From Ginglymostoma cirratum (taxonomy: Eukaryota): a DNA stretch of 64,000 nucleotides. Location of the stretch: assembly GCA_024137785.1 (NCBI GenBank), contig JAHRHZ010000042.1, forward strand, positions 23,346,682 to 23,410,681, in the 5' to 3' direction. Positions 25,233 to 38,129 of this stretch are shown here, piece by piece. How positions within the stretch are numbered: position 1 is the stretch's first letter; each line of letters opens with the position of its first letter. The notes beneath the pieces are model-generated. The model saw nothing but the letters and a program-made list of their open reading frames with translations, made no database searches and was not told where the DNA came from. Made by a program: the position numbers and the translations under genes.

Positions 25233-25377
25233 TAACAAAGTGTGGAGCTGGAGGAACGCAACAGGCCAAGCAGCATCAGGGGAGAAGGAACATTGACGTT
25301 TCGGGTCAGGACCCTTCTTCCTCCAGCTCCTCACTTTGTTATCTCTGACTCCAGCATCTGCAGTTCTTGCTACCTTT
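25233..25377. mobile_element. Short Penelope-derived foldback with a 15-bp TSD
   Basis: TSD aagtgt(c/t)ttctgaaa at 25218-25232 and 25378-25392. Confidence 0.8.
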
Positions 25378-26504
25378 AAGTGTTTTCTGAAAATTTTTTT
25401 ATGGGATGAGAACACTGCGGTGAGGCCAACATTTATTGCCCGTCCCCGCCAGGCTTAGAGAAGGTGGTGGTGAGCTGTCTTCTTGAATCATTGCAGATGT
25501 TGGAGTGTAGAGTTGCTCACAATACTGTTAGAAAGGGAATTTCAGGATTTTGACCTGGTGACAGCGAGGGACTGGTGGTATCGTTCCAAATCAGGATGGT
25601 GAGTGGCTTGGAGGGGAACTTGCAGAAGTATAACAAAAAGTGCTTGAATCATAGAAGGTTCAGCACAAACAACTCTGATACTAGTTATATTTATCCTCAT
25701 TTTACGTTTCGGTTGTTAGCCTTCATTCAAACTTTTGTATGTTTTCCAGGGTTTACCTGATTCCCCCTTAAATGTAACATTTAATTACACCTTAGTATGT
25801 ACTTATAATAATACATTCCATTTCCTAATAACCTCTCTGTGTCATACACTATCATGTCATCATTTTTTTCATGTTAAAATGCTGGTGGTGAATGTATTAT
25901 CCACGAACTCTAGAAATTGCTCCTTCACTAATGACTGTCTAATCTTGCCTTGCTCAAAACTTAGTTAAAATCTTTACTGTGATGTAACTTACTGTAAAAG
26001 ACTGTTTAAGAACCGTTCGATACAGGTTACATTGTAGTTACTTTGCAGTAGTCAAATTCTTAGCAAATTTAAACCAAAGTTACATTCAAAAGCTTTTCGA
26101 AGTACAGTTATTAATACCTTTGCATTCAAAACAATTGGCTTAATTTATACAGCCCCCTCAAAGGACTGCAAACAAGCATATAAACTTCCAGTTATGATTG
26201 ATTCAGCCAGGGATATGTTCAAACATTTGTCAGGAGAGTGCTGACTTCTACTGCAATGTTTTTAAAACGAGCGCAGAAGATCACATAAACTTAATAATCG
26301 AAAAACATTCCCTAGTATTTGCATTTGGTCTGCTGAATTTCAGGTGAATTGTGCAGAATAAATGAACACAGCTAAGTAAAAATTCTGGACACCAGTTGTA
26401 AGAATGAAATCAGAAAGTAAAGGCTCAGTATGAAGCTGACAATGACCAAAGGACCTGCCTTTGCACAAATCATATACAATTGGATGAATGAACTGTTGCA
26501 AAAA

Positions 26505-26710
26505 TGGATAGCAGAGGAAGACGTGGAGGCTGGTACAACTACAAGATTTAAAACGCATCTGGATGGGTTTATGAATAGGAAGGGTTTAGAGGGATATGGG
26601 TCAAATGCTGGCAAATGGGATTAGATTAATTTAGGAATCTGATCAGCATGGACGAGTTGGACTGAAGGGTCTCTTTCCGTGCTGTGCAGCTCTATGACTC
26701 CATGACTCTA
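26505..26710 (+). mobile_element. CR1 LINE 3' end
   Basis: gtggaggctggtacaactacaagatttaaaacgcatctggatggg...ctctatgactccatgactcta. Confidence 0.85.
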
Positions 26711-27919
26711 ATTGAGAATTATCTTCACCAGAAATATGCAGATCTGGATGTTGAAATTTTCAAGACTATAATGTTTGGGACATTGTGCAATAGAGGCAAA
26801 TGTACTGACATTTCAATCAGTTATTTGAGATTCTGATCCACTCACTGTCAAGCACAGCATACAATTCCTCAAATGCTTTGTGATGAGGAATTACCATCAC
26901 TGTGTGATTATAAATCACTACATGAAATGACATACAGGATACAACAGTACAGGATATAACCCTTCCTTTCATATAGAACATAGATGAAATCAGAGCATCC
27001 TGTGCCAAATTTAAAGCACAGACCATTGTTCTAAAAGGTTGACCAAATTTACAGTAATATTAGCCATTATAGTGCCACCAACTCCCCAAGAAATGTACAA
27101 TAAGGAGAAAAAATGTACAACACATCTTAATTCTTTCAATCATATCGTGTGACACAGGTGCAGCAACACAAGAAATCAAATGAACAGTGCACAATAGGAT
27201 ATAATTGCAGGCTGCAACCTATTTGAAAATGATTCAGGAGCTGTCAATTTTATTGTCTCTCAAATCAAGTTTTTAAAGTCTACAGTTGCTGGAACAATGA
27301 TCCCTAAGATATCTAATTTCCATATTGTCTCTCATAATTCTCAGTCACTTCTGATAAGTAGAAGAAAAGCAGAGCTGCTATAATTTGGAGAATAGCATCA
27401 AATATACAATCATAGCGTATTAATGGTACATGGAAAGATTTAGAAAATTGAAATGATTTGCACTGCAGCAAGGAAGTTTGAGAGCAAAAATGATTCAAGA
27501 TTAAATAATGAATAAATAAAAGTAAACAAGAGAGTAGTGTATAATAATGTTATTCAACTTTGACTGTCAGCAGAGAAGTAAATTGCACCGTAACAGGTTC
27601 TCAGATGCTGCAGGCGTTTCCAACTTCAATTTCTCGGGGTCACCTGTTGAACATTTACTTGGAAAATGGGATGGTGAGTCATAACTATAAATATCAGTGG
27701 TCAAATGTTGTATAGGGCACAATGGGTGGTTTTTAAAAGCTGATGGTGCAGACATTAAATATCATGTTTTGTAAACAACAAGTGCATACTGTGGGATCTA
27801 AATCAGCTTTTCTCACTCTTTCCAGGACATAGGTATCAGTCTAAAGGCCAGCATTTATTATCCTTCACTGCTTGCTGTCAAGACAAAACTGAATAGTTGA
27901 ATCACATTTAGGCCAGACA

Positions 27920-28440
27920 CAAAGTCTGAATTGGGGATGTTTGCACGATGTTCAGCACCACTCGTGACCCCTCAGATATGACACGGCCCAAGTCAGGAAT
28001 GTAATGGAATACTCCCTGCTTGTCTGGACGGATGCAGCTCCAACAACACTCAAGAAGGACCATCAAGGACAAAGCAGCATGCTTGATTGGCATCACACTC
28101 ACAAACATCCACTCCTATCACCACTCACACTCAATAGCAGCAACAAGAACTATCCACAAGATGCACTGCAGAAATTCAGCAAAGATCCTTAGGCAGCATC
28201 TTCCAAGCCCATGACCACTTCCATCTAGAAGGACAACGGCAGCAGATATATGAGAACAGGATGACGTACAAGTTCCCCTCCAAACTCACCACCCTCACTT
28301 GGAAATGTATCGCCGTTCCTTCACTGTCATTGGGTCAAAATCCTGGAATTCCCTCCCTAAGGGTCATTGTGGGTCAATCTACAGCACGTGGACTGCAGCG
28401 GTTCAAGAAAGCAGCTACCACCACCTTCTCAAGGGCAAAT
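27920..28440 (+). mobile_element. Second CR1-clade LINE family, 3' fragment
   Basis: MEYSLLVWTDAAPTTLKK / TIKDKAACLIG / TIHKMHCRNS. Confidence 0.8.
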
Positions 28441-28569
28441 TACAGCTTTTTCCCCTTTGAGATTCTCCTGTAATCTCAATGAATGAATGATGGTGAAACT
28501 AAACCCCACAAAAATTAAAGTGATCGTTTTTTAAATAAAGTAGGAAATATTTCGGTTTGATCTAGGTCT

Positions 28570-29050
28570 GTACAGAATTAGTTATAAACGCAGTCATTCA
28601 ACCTATCAAACCTGTCTGACCATTCAATTAAATCACAGCTGATCTTCTACCTCAAAGCAATTTTCCCACTCCATCTCCATATTCCTTAAAATCTTTAGAC
28701 TACAGAATCCTATTGATACTGCCTTCAATATACCTGATGATTAAGCTTCCAAAATTCCTCAGATTAGAGAATTCCAAAGTCTTACCATGAACTGAACCAA
28801 AAAAAAAAATTCCTCCTCATCTCCACCTTAAGTGGCCTATGGCTTATTCTGAGGGTCTGTTCCATGGTGCTACAGTTACCAGCCAAGGGAAAAATCTCTT
28901 CAATATCCAACCCATCATGCCATGTAAGAACGTTACAAGTTCAAATGAGGTCTTCTCTCTTTCTTTAAAACTCTTGAGGACATAGACCCATTTTCCATAG
29001 TTTCTCCTCATAGCTAATCCTGAATCACATGGATTAATCCTGGTTGATAT
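28570..29050 (-). mobile_element. Decayed CR1 3' fragment
   Basis: agaattccaaag...aaattcctcctcatctc is the reverse-strand CR1 pattern. Confidence 0.65.
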
Positions 29051-29247
29051 GCAACATTTAGTGACAGTATTTGATGTTATAAATGAAAAGGTGGATGTGG
29101 TCCACTGAGAATGATGCTATTTGAAATTTGTCAAATCTTAAGCCATTTAATTGAATCTTAGCTTGAATCAAGCCCCCATATGAGCCAATGTCTCCTGAAA
29201 TATAAACCTTCAAACTATAATGCAAATATATTTTTAATGAAACCTAC

Positions 29248-29544
29248 CAGGCTGAACAAAAAGATCAATGTTGTTTTCAAATGACTTGTCTTTAGTGAAT
29301 GCGCAGCATGTGTATCTTCCGCTGTGTGAAAAATTTAATGTTGGAATTGTTAAAATCATTTCTCTATTTTCTATACGATGAGTCAAGCCCTTGCATTCCA
29401 CGCTATTAGCCTTTATATAGCAAATAAATTCATCATTAAGTTTCCAGTATACAATAACATCCTTTTCTTCACTGCTGAATGGGTAGACACACTTCAGTAC
29501 TCCTGGACTGCCAAATGTAGCATTCTGTTGTACAGGGTGACTGC
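29248..29544 (-). CDS. Gene B Ig V-type domain exon (CD160-like / B7-like)
   Basis: Acceptor gctcttttttttcaaacAG, donor CTG|GTAGGT, 297 nt, phase 1-1 (typical IgSF domain exon). B-strand Cys (VLKC), C-strand Trp (VIVYW), E-strand MILTI, F-strand HSGRYTCC, G-strand IDLFVQ. Confidence 0.92.
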
Positions 29545-31101
29545 CTGTTTGAAAAAAAAGAGCATAATCAATGTGCAATCTCATTTCATTCAGATTTTCT
29601 TATTAAGACACGTCAATAATCAGCACATCAGAATTTTGTTTGAAAGTATCCCTTGTAGGCCATATCCATTAGGGAATGTATCAGATACCCTTTTTTTTAA
29701 ATGATGTAGAGGTGCCGGTGATGGACTGGGGTGGACGCTCGTACTTATGAATGTGATCCCATAGAGTGGTCTAATTTTAAGTATCGAACATATGAATATA
29801 TCCTGTACTTACCAACAACTGCTTTATATTGTTCTACATTGTATTTTGACTTACATACAAATCAACCTGAGAATGGGCTCAGGGATGGAACTAGCTTGCA
29901 ACCCAGGGCTGCTTGTAAAGGGTTACCTATATCTTTAGTCTAAGAGTAACAACTGAGCAGATGTGTAAGATGCCATGCCACAGTGGCTGATCATATGGCA
30001 CTGGGACCCGACACTACAGGGTACCAGAGATCTCCTCTCTTACCATCCATATAATTACGCGCAATAAAGCCTGTTAATGATCACTCACCCAAATACAAAC
30101 CAGATCTTACTATACCAGAGATGTTGTTTAACTTGCCAAGTATTTCACCACTCTCCACTGTTACTGATTTATAATAGAAAGCTAATTCTACCTAAATGAA
30201 ATTGATCTACATGATTATTTTCATAACATTAACTTAACTGGTCAGCACTGATATAAGTGCTATGTTCTTTTAAAGTGAGGTCATAAATGTGACAGCTCAA
30301 TGCAAACCATGAAGCTTTATTCAGTCCAACTTCTCTGTTGTTGATCCATTGTACCTACAACAGGTTCAGAAATGATTTTACAAGCTAAATGTTACTCGGA
30401 GAGATCTTGCTATTTTACAATAGGAATCGCATTCTTTGGATATCTCAAGTTAAATCATTGATCCATTCAAAGGCAATTACTGTGGCTGATCAAGCAAAAT
30501 CAGCAGCTAATATGCAAACAAAATATCACAAATAGAAAATTATGCAAAAGGCTAAGTGATCCTATCTGGTTGTGCTAGTTGAGGGATGACTAGTTAAAGG
30601 CTAGTCTTTTTGACAAGGCAGCACCCTTTCAGGTCTGAATTGACATGTGACCCTAGATTGTGTACTCCAGTTCATGGGTGGTAACACTCCAGCTGGGAAA
30701 GGGCTGGCACAAAGGAATTCACAGCCACTGGCAATGCCATCCTTGCCCTGCTTTGCCGTAACTTACTGACACAAAGTGATAGTGTTACCACCTGTGCCAA
30801 TTTGACTCCAAACTGTGTTTGTAAAAAGTTGGATTTCTCCATTTGGTCCTCATGTCCATCAAACGTTAAGCTGAAATTGTTGCACAGGTAAAGATTTAGC
30901 AAGAATTCAGACCTTGAACATTTTTTTTAAAAACATGGTAATAAACATTAAGTATGCATGCTAGAAGGCAGGAAAATAGCTCCCATCTGGAAGCTCTTGT
31001 AACTCTGAAGTAAGTTCTGGTGTCAAAGGAATTTTTCTAGCATGACAAATTAAAGCACTACTTATGGACTCATCATGTTACGTCATCAACCCGATACGTA
31101 C

Positions 31102-31171
31102 TCTCAGTATTTCCTTGCAGCCCGATTGTTGAAAAAATCACAATGTGGATGGTAGTAGTAATGGTAAACAT
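31102..31171 (-). CDS. Gene B signal-peptide exon, coding part: MFTITTTIHIVIFSTIGLQGNTE(S)
   Basis: Kozak-like gcagccATG, 23 codons plus 1 nt, donor AGA|GTACGT, phase 1 matching the V exon. An upstream acceptor tcttgctttacAG (exon start 31194) implies at least one further 5' exon. Confidence 0.82.
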
Positions 31172-34100
31172 GGCTGCAGATTCAGTGGGAAAAGCTGTAA
31201 AGCAAGAGCACATTTCAATGGTAAACAAAAACATTAAAACATTCATATCCTATTTCATTGTAACAGTGATGAAGGAGCAGTACTCACTGTCCATCTCAAC
31301 AAAGTTATTTTCTGAGAGTAAGTTGGCTCCAATCTGGTGTTTCATTGAACACTGTGACTGTTAATAGGGGATCTGTGCAGCCTGGGAGTTGGAATTGCAA
31401 GGCTCTTCAGTTAATCAGGTTGAAGAGTGCTCACCATGACAGGTAGGACTAGATTGTAGTCCCTTCTTGAGCTGGGATTAGAGACAGGCCAGAGCCACAA
31501 ACAGTTACAACTGGCTTGCCGTGTCTGGCTCTATCCCACCGCTGACTATTTTTGCAGCACATAGGCAACCAGGCTCATTGTCCATGCTCCAATTTTCCAC
31601 AAATAGAAAATAGTGCAAAAGACGAAGTGATCTACTGTGGCATCACTGGTTGAAGGATGGGGCGTTGAAGCCAGAATGTCTGACAAGGGAGCACTCTTTC
31701 AGATCAACATTGATGCATCACCCTAGAGTGTGTACTCAAATAACAGGGGGTGACATAAAGATGTTTACAGCAATTAACAATGCTGTCTTCAACTTGCTTT
31801 GCTGTAACTTTCTAACACAAAGTGAGATTGTGTTCCCATCCATGTCAATTTGACCCCAATACTGTGTTCATTAAAAAGCTGATTGTTTTCTATTGGTTCC
31901 TCATTTAACATTCGGCTGGAATTGTGGCAAAAATAAAGATTTGGCAGACAATTCAGAGCTGGAAAAGGAAAAGAATGTGCAAAAATTGTACAGGAATTGT
32001 TTTGGTGCCTGAAAGCTGGCATTTGATGACAGGCAAAGGGGCTTATACTTCTGACAGGTGTTTCTTTCTTACCTTCTTTGGTGTAAGGAGCTACAGACCA
32101 CGAGGTAAAAAGGCTTCCCCATCACCTCCCTGACAGCTGAATCAGATTTTAACATTGAATATTTAAAAAATTGAAGAGGAAGTGCCTCCAAATTGAACCA
32201 CCCTCTCTCTAAGCTACCTATCAAGGTACCTGCTGCTCATTTTAAGCTGGAGGGCTTCTGACAGGCCCTCCATGTTGACAGGCCCTCCATGTTCAAGAGC
32301 CTTTCTGTGTAAGTGGACAGTAAACCTGCACTCTGACCATTCACTGACAATCCCAGGAGTTAAGTCCAGAATGCAAGATCAGTACCAACATTTATTTTCT
32401 ATCTTTGATGGAAATCCCTCCGCAATTTCAAAACCTATCAGTATAAAGCAGGAAGTGGGAATATCAGATTGAAATCAGGTACAGAAAGTGAAATAAAAAT
32501 TTAAATGGTCAGACAGAGTTTACAGAGAGAAAGAGAAAATGTAAAATGAAGTTAGATGGTCGTAGTTAAATTTCAACACTAATTAACTTCTGAAGAAATC
32601 AAACACTAGACTTGAAAATTAAATTTTCAGTGGATATTTTCCAGTGCCTATCATTTATCAGGCCAATAAATTTCATTTACTCCTTTATGTACCATTTCTA
32701 ACTTTCTCTGGCTTTGGAAAATACCCAAATTCATATCTTTGCAAGTCTTTCAATGGAAAGTCAATTGGAGTCATTTTATAACAGAACAGCCTATGCAACA
32801 TCAGAGTGATTCAACTTTCAGCATTTAAGGATTTATGCATGTACTCAAGCTGTAGACTAATTCAGTCAAGAATTCCACTGAGCGATGACAATTTCATCAT
32901 TATTATCAATACAGACGCATGACCAGCTTCTTACTTTTTGTCAAAAGGAATTCTCTCTATAAAACGTTTCGTAATTTGAGCAACCTCTGTTCACCTTTGC
33001 AACAGGTATGTGAATTGAATGACGTTTTCACTGGTCCGAACAACAAAAAGATCTAAAAAATAGGAGGAAATAATATCAAATTGTTGTAGAATTATATTAA
33101 ATACCTAAAGCATTTCAAGGATGTCCTAAATATAACACTGTTCCAATTAAAAGGGACACAATCTGGCTATTAGCATGAGTGGTACGAATGTGCAAAATGT
33201 TCCTCATCTCCACACTAACTCAGAATTATTGAGAGCTGGAAAAACAAAAGCTGAGGTACCCATTTTATTATACATTTGAAGGCAGTATAATACGCAGCAT
33301 GTTTGTTGCAACTCTGTCCAGAATTTGAGAAGTGCATTACTTCTTTTGATCATGAACTGCAAATTACACGCAGCCAATTCTGAATGAAAGGCAAGCCACA
33401 AGGAAGTGCCCATTAAGCTAATGATCTAGAAGCATAAAACTATAAATCTTTTCAGGAGTTATATTTTTACACACATATTTCCTATAATGCTGCTATCCTC
33501 ACACAACTATTCTTTGAGAACCTTGTTGTGATTGTGATAAAGATGAACAATCAATTTTTGTTTTCTTGTTTTAATAATTGAGACCTTGCGTGGACTAAAA
33601 TTGTTTAAAACAAAATCACTGCCTTAAGCCAGGTAAGTTTCACACACTGGGGATAAGACACCTGTACATTATCCAGCTGGGGAGTAAAAAAGGGATGGAG
33701 TCTGATGTAGAAATATAGATATGAATTAAGATTTGAGGGGACTACTTTGGACAGATTAGAGGGAGAGAAAAAATGGATTTGTAGCAGTAGACCTGGAAGA
33801 TTTGCTCTCTCCCTGCTTTTTCTCTCAGCTCTGAAGAGACAACAGTCAGTGAAAGCAAATTGGAGAAACATCCATTCACTGAGCATTCAAAGATACCTAC
33901 AAATTCTGCTTCTACAGAAAATAATAGTCCATGAACTACGCAACCATGATCTCAGAGTAAAATGTAACACTTCAAGGATACTAAGGATTTTAAAATTGTA
34001 TGTTCTTTTATCTTTCTGATTGAACCGGGAAGTGACCCCCTTTAAACGTCATACCTGTGTTTGTCTGTGCATTCAATATCATATATTATTACATTTCTTA

Positions 34101-34435
34101 GCTTTAGTATGCAAGAAATACTTGTAACTGATTCATTCATTTTGAATTAGCGAACCGCTTTTAATTGAAGTTCTGTATAGTCTTGTGTTAAAAAAAATCT
34201 TCATTGTAATATGTCAAAAGCTAAAAATTCACCCTTTTTATCTGGTTACAACACTCTTAACTGAAAGCTGATCACCAAATAACTGGAAAACAAAATGTAC
34301 CTGACTCAATTTTTATGATCAGAATAATTGCTTAAATTGTATAATTAGACTTTACATTTGAGAATTGTGCAACATTTTAAAATTAACCCTGACCAACTGG
34401 GTTTTATAGCTCACAGAAAACTCATCAGATAAAAG

Positions 34436-35690
34436 AGGCGGCGTGGTGGCTTAGTAATTAGCACTGCTGCCTCACAGCACCAGGGGCCCAGGTTTGATAC
34501 CACCCTTCGGGGGCACTTTCTGTGTGGAGTTTGAACAGTCTCCCTGTGTCCGTGAGAGTTTCCTGTAAGTGTTCTGGATTCCTCCCACAGTCTATAGATG
34601 ATGTGGACGTGTTGGTGTTGGACTGGGATGGACAAGGTCAGAAGTCATATGACACCAGATCATAGCCTATCAGGTACATTTGAAATCACAAGCTTTCAGT
34701 GCACTGCTCTGAAGGAAAGGAAAGCACGCACAGAATTTACAGGCAGAGAGATTAAAAAATAATACAAATGGTGCGAGTGGAGTGTCAGCAGGCTGAATAC
34801 CAAGTGTCTGCAGGTGATCAAAAGTGTCAGACGGTGTGAGTAAAGTGTCACCAGCTGAATAGCAAGTGAAGGGATGACCTATGCTCCAGTTAATTGAGGC
34901 TGAAAGATCATTACAAAAAATTAAAAATAAGACTGTTCCCTCCCAGTCAGAGAGCATTTCGGCGGTCATGGACATTCAGCCTCCGATCTTCCTCCAGGGC
35001 GGCCTTTGAGACACACAACAATACAGAATCGCTGAGCGGAAACGGATAGCCAAGTTCTGTACCCGTGAAGACGGTCTCAACTGTGATCTTGGGTTCATGT
35101 TGTGCTACATGTAGCCCCACCACACTGTTATCTATCTGTAAAACCTTCCTTACTGTACTGCTTTGACACCATCACCTTGATAACTTGTTATGATCTCTCT
35201 ACCTTAATTAGTTTGTACAGTGTTGGATTTCTTGTTACTTTGGTTCGACCTTTGGCATGTGACTCTTTTAATTATCATGATATTCCAGCCATTTGGTTTG
35301 TTTCCAGCACCATGTTTTTTAAATTTTTTTCATAATTATCTCTCTGCCTCAATTAATTGGATCATAGGTCATCCTTTCACTTGCTGTTCAGTTGTTGATA
35401 TTCCACTCATACCATTTGTACTATCTTTTGATCTCTCTGCCTATAAATTCTGTGCCTGTGCACTTCCATTCTCTTCACCTGATGAAGGAACAGTGCTCCA
35501 AAAGCCTGGGGCTTCAAATGAACCTGTTGACTATAACCTGGTGTTGTGTGACTTCTAAAACAGTCTAAAGATGTGCAGGTTAGCTGGATTGGCCAGGGGA
35601 AATGCAGAGACAGGGGGGTAAGGTTTGGGTCAGTGTGGATTCGATGGACGAAATGGTCTGCTTCCACACTGTAGGAATTCTACAATTTCT
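34436..35690 (+). mobile_element. HE1-like SINE split by a Penelope-like insertion
   Basis: SINE head at 34436-34600; body resumes at 35560. Confidence 0.8.
34601..35559. mobile_element. Penelope-like element (third family) with inverted terminal segments and a GIY-YIG C-terminal remnant
   Basis: EHFGGHGHSASDL...RIAERKRIAKF...DGLNCDLG; about 34640-34935 is inverted relative to about 35310-35557; TSD acagtcta(t/a)agatg at 34587-34600 and 35560-35573; CTGATGA core at 35479-35485. Confidence 0.8.
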
Positions 35691-36824
35691 CTGAAAAGGA
35701 AGTGAGGATTGTTAGATCCAGTTTATTGATTTTAACCTCCCCATCTAGTTCTTATTAACTGTGACCCTCTTCCACCCTCTCTGCCTCCTTTCTGACCAAT
35801 CCAATCTCCCTCCAATTGCCAATATTCCCTCCTGCGTTCAATGCCTTCACCACCACTGCAGCCTTTCCTTCCTTCCCCATGCCACTGGCAGCGCAGGGCT
35901 GACAGTGCAATTTGAGTTGGCAGGCTGTGCACCTCATCACAATGATATGGCTACCCACACGAATGTAACACAAAAGCAGCATCCCTCAACCATTCTGTGA
36001 GCCTACTTCGCACTTTGCCTGGAGACAAAACTGATCTGAATTTGCTGCCATCTTCACATTTGTAAGTTGATTGGAAAGTGAGGGATCCAAACATCCATTT
36101 TTTAAAAAATCAAACTGTTCGGAGGTCTTACAACACACCTCTGTAGCAGATGAGACTAGAAGCTGGGCCTCCTGGGTTAGAGGTAAGTTATAAACCACTG
36201 TGTCACCAAGAGCCATGACTCTATCACATTTAAAATCTATTTTTCAAATGCTTTTTGTCTGGTTCAACAGCCACCTGTGGCAAGATTCTCGTGAATATCA
36301 AATAGCAAAAAAGCAAAACTATACAAAGCTGGAATGTACACTGGCCAGCTGCTACTTTAGCTATAAAGATAATACAAAGTACACAAAAGGTATGTGGATA
36401 AAGGATAACAATTAATACGTGAGTCAAACCAAGCAGAACAACTTTACAGGCAAATAATTATGACTTGAGGCAGTAATTTTAGACAAATTACAAGAATCTC
36501 TTTCAGTTAGTACAGGAAGACAAAGAGTTGGCATCAGTGGGGATAATTAAAACAGCTCAGGAAAAGACTGGGTTGTTCAGAAAATCAAGCTCATAAAGTC
36601 ATGCTCTGTGAAGGAAATAACATTAATAACGTGAGGCAAAACAAAGTTACAGAGCCTGGAACTGGATCCTTAATCTGTTCATCAGGAAAGAATGGAACAA
36701 TTTTTGGTCCAACAGAGTGAAACAAACTTAATATTTGATCATTTAAAAGTTACACAACTTGTAGTGTAGCATTCACATCAAACTAAGAATCCCTTTGTAA
36801 CTTAAAAACATTCATTTTAAAAAA

Positions 36825-37055
36825 AACAAAAACACAAATTGCTGGAAAAGCCTAGCAGGTCTGCTAACAGAGAAATCAGAGTTAACATTTCGAGTCCAGC
36901 CGACATTTTCCTATCTACCGTCAGTTCTGAGGAAGGGTGGCCAGACCCAAAATGTTGACCCTGATTTCTCTTCACGGATGCTATCAGGCCTGCTCTTCCA
37001 GGAATTTCTGTTTTTGTTTCTGATTTACAGCACCTGCAGTTCTTTCTGTTTCTAT
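36825..37055. mobile_element. Old Penelope-derived foldback element
   Basis: Inverted arms around ctgagga-agggt...accc-aaaatgtt. Confidence 0.65.
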
Positions 37056-38129
37056 TCATTAAAAAAAAGGGCTAAAAAACACTCCTCATATCTTGAAGGC
37101 TGTAAATAGGGTTTTATAAAATACTTAAAACAAACAGAGCTTATGCCATGGCAGCTACGTGAGAGGTAGGTAATCAAAACTGTATCATCCAGTTTATACA
37201 CAAGCCATGTTGGTCTGATTGTTCTTTTAGTCTTTTGTCAACAGAGCAAATGACTTGCAACCATTTAGGTTATGTGTCAGCAGATGTTCAGGAAGCCGTT
37301 TACTCACAGGAATATCTTAAGCTGGATTTTACATCAGGAATAAATTGGTAGGCAACAGCAAATAGTCAGAATGTTGTCAATCCTAGTTATAATGGATGAA
37401 ATTGATCAATAATGTGATGCAGCTCATGATTGATATTCTGTTTCATATCCAACTTCTCCTGAATGGACTCCAAGTGAGATCAATAAAATCTACAGAGAAA
37501 AAATTGGATGAATTGTTAAAACATACTACTCTTTGATCTAACGTAATTCTTCTTTGGAGATTCCGAAGGATTCTTGTACCAAAGTTGGACCCTCCTGATG
37601 CCTCAAATGCATGTAGTTCAAGTAAGAGATGTCTTTTCTTTCCAGCCGTCATCACACAGTTACATTGACTCTGGCCTCAAATAACATAACCTGCAATGTA
37701 ACCTGTATGCCTCGAAGTCTTTTTGATCTGTACATACTTTGCTGCTGTGATCTGCCTGTACTGCTCGTAAACAAAGCTTTGCACTGCATTTCGGTACATG
37801 TGACAATCAATCAATCAATTTAGTTTGCTTGGAGACAGTCAAACTCCAATGTTTATTTGTTTCCTTGATATACCACTGTACAGGGCCAACCCGTATTTGT
37901 GATTCTTTTAAGGAATAAAACATATCTTTTGATAGTAAAAAAAAAAAAATCCCAAATAAAATAGCGTGGAATTTTGCCAATTTATCTGATTTGCAAGTTC
38001 GACCTAAAGCCTGTACGATGTTCTGCCCATTTTGCTAATGCACCCATGTATTCCCTCCACAAGTTATTTAATTACTCTTGCACTGAATGCACATAACTGG
38101 ATTTCTTTTTCAACTGTTTTGCTTTAGAC

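Noticed and set aside
26372-26455. Hydrophobic minus-strand frame GPLVIVSFILSLYFLISFLQLVSRIFT* as a TM exon of gene B
   Set aside because: Phase 1 fits, but the acceptor (gtgcaaaggcAG) has no pyrimidine tract and abuts a CR1 tail; likely chance in T-rich DNA.
27567-27644. Minus-strand frame GDPEKLKLETPAASENLLRCNLLLC* as a gene B exon
   Set aside because: Weak acceptor, no good donor and no recognisable motif.
29248-29544. Assigning the symbol CD160, THY1 or CD274
   Set aside because: The CD160 similarity rests on remembered motifs and architecture only. Thy-1 shares the architecture but not the motifs. No C-type domain exon of a classical B7 was found.
32259-32292. Short tandem duplication tgacaggccctccatgt x2, and microsatellites such as (CA)n at about 20647-20668
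   Set aside because: Ordinary slippage products with no further structure.
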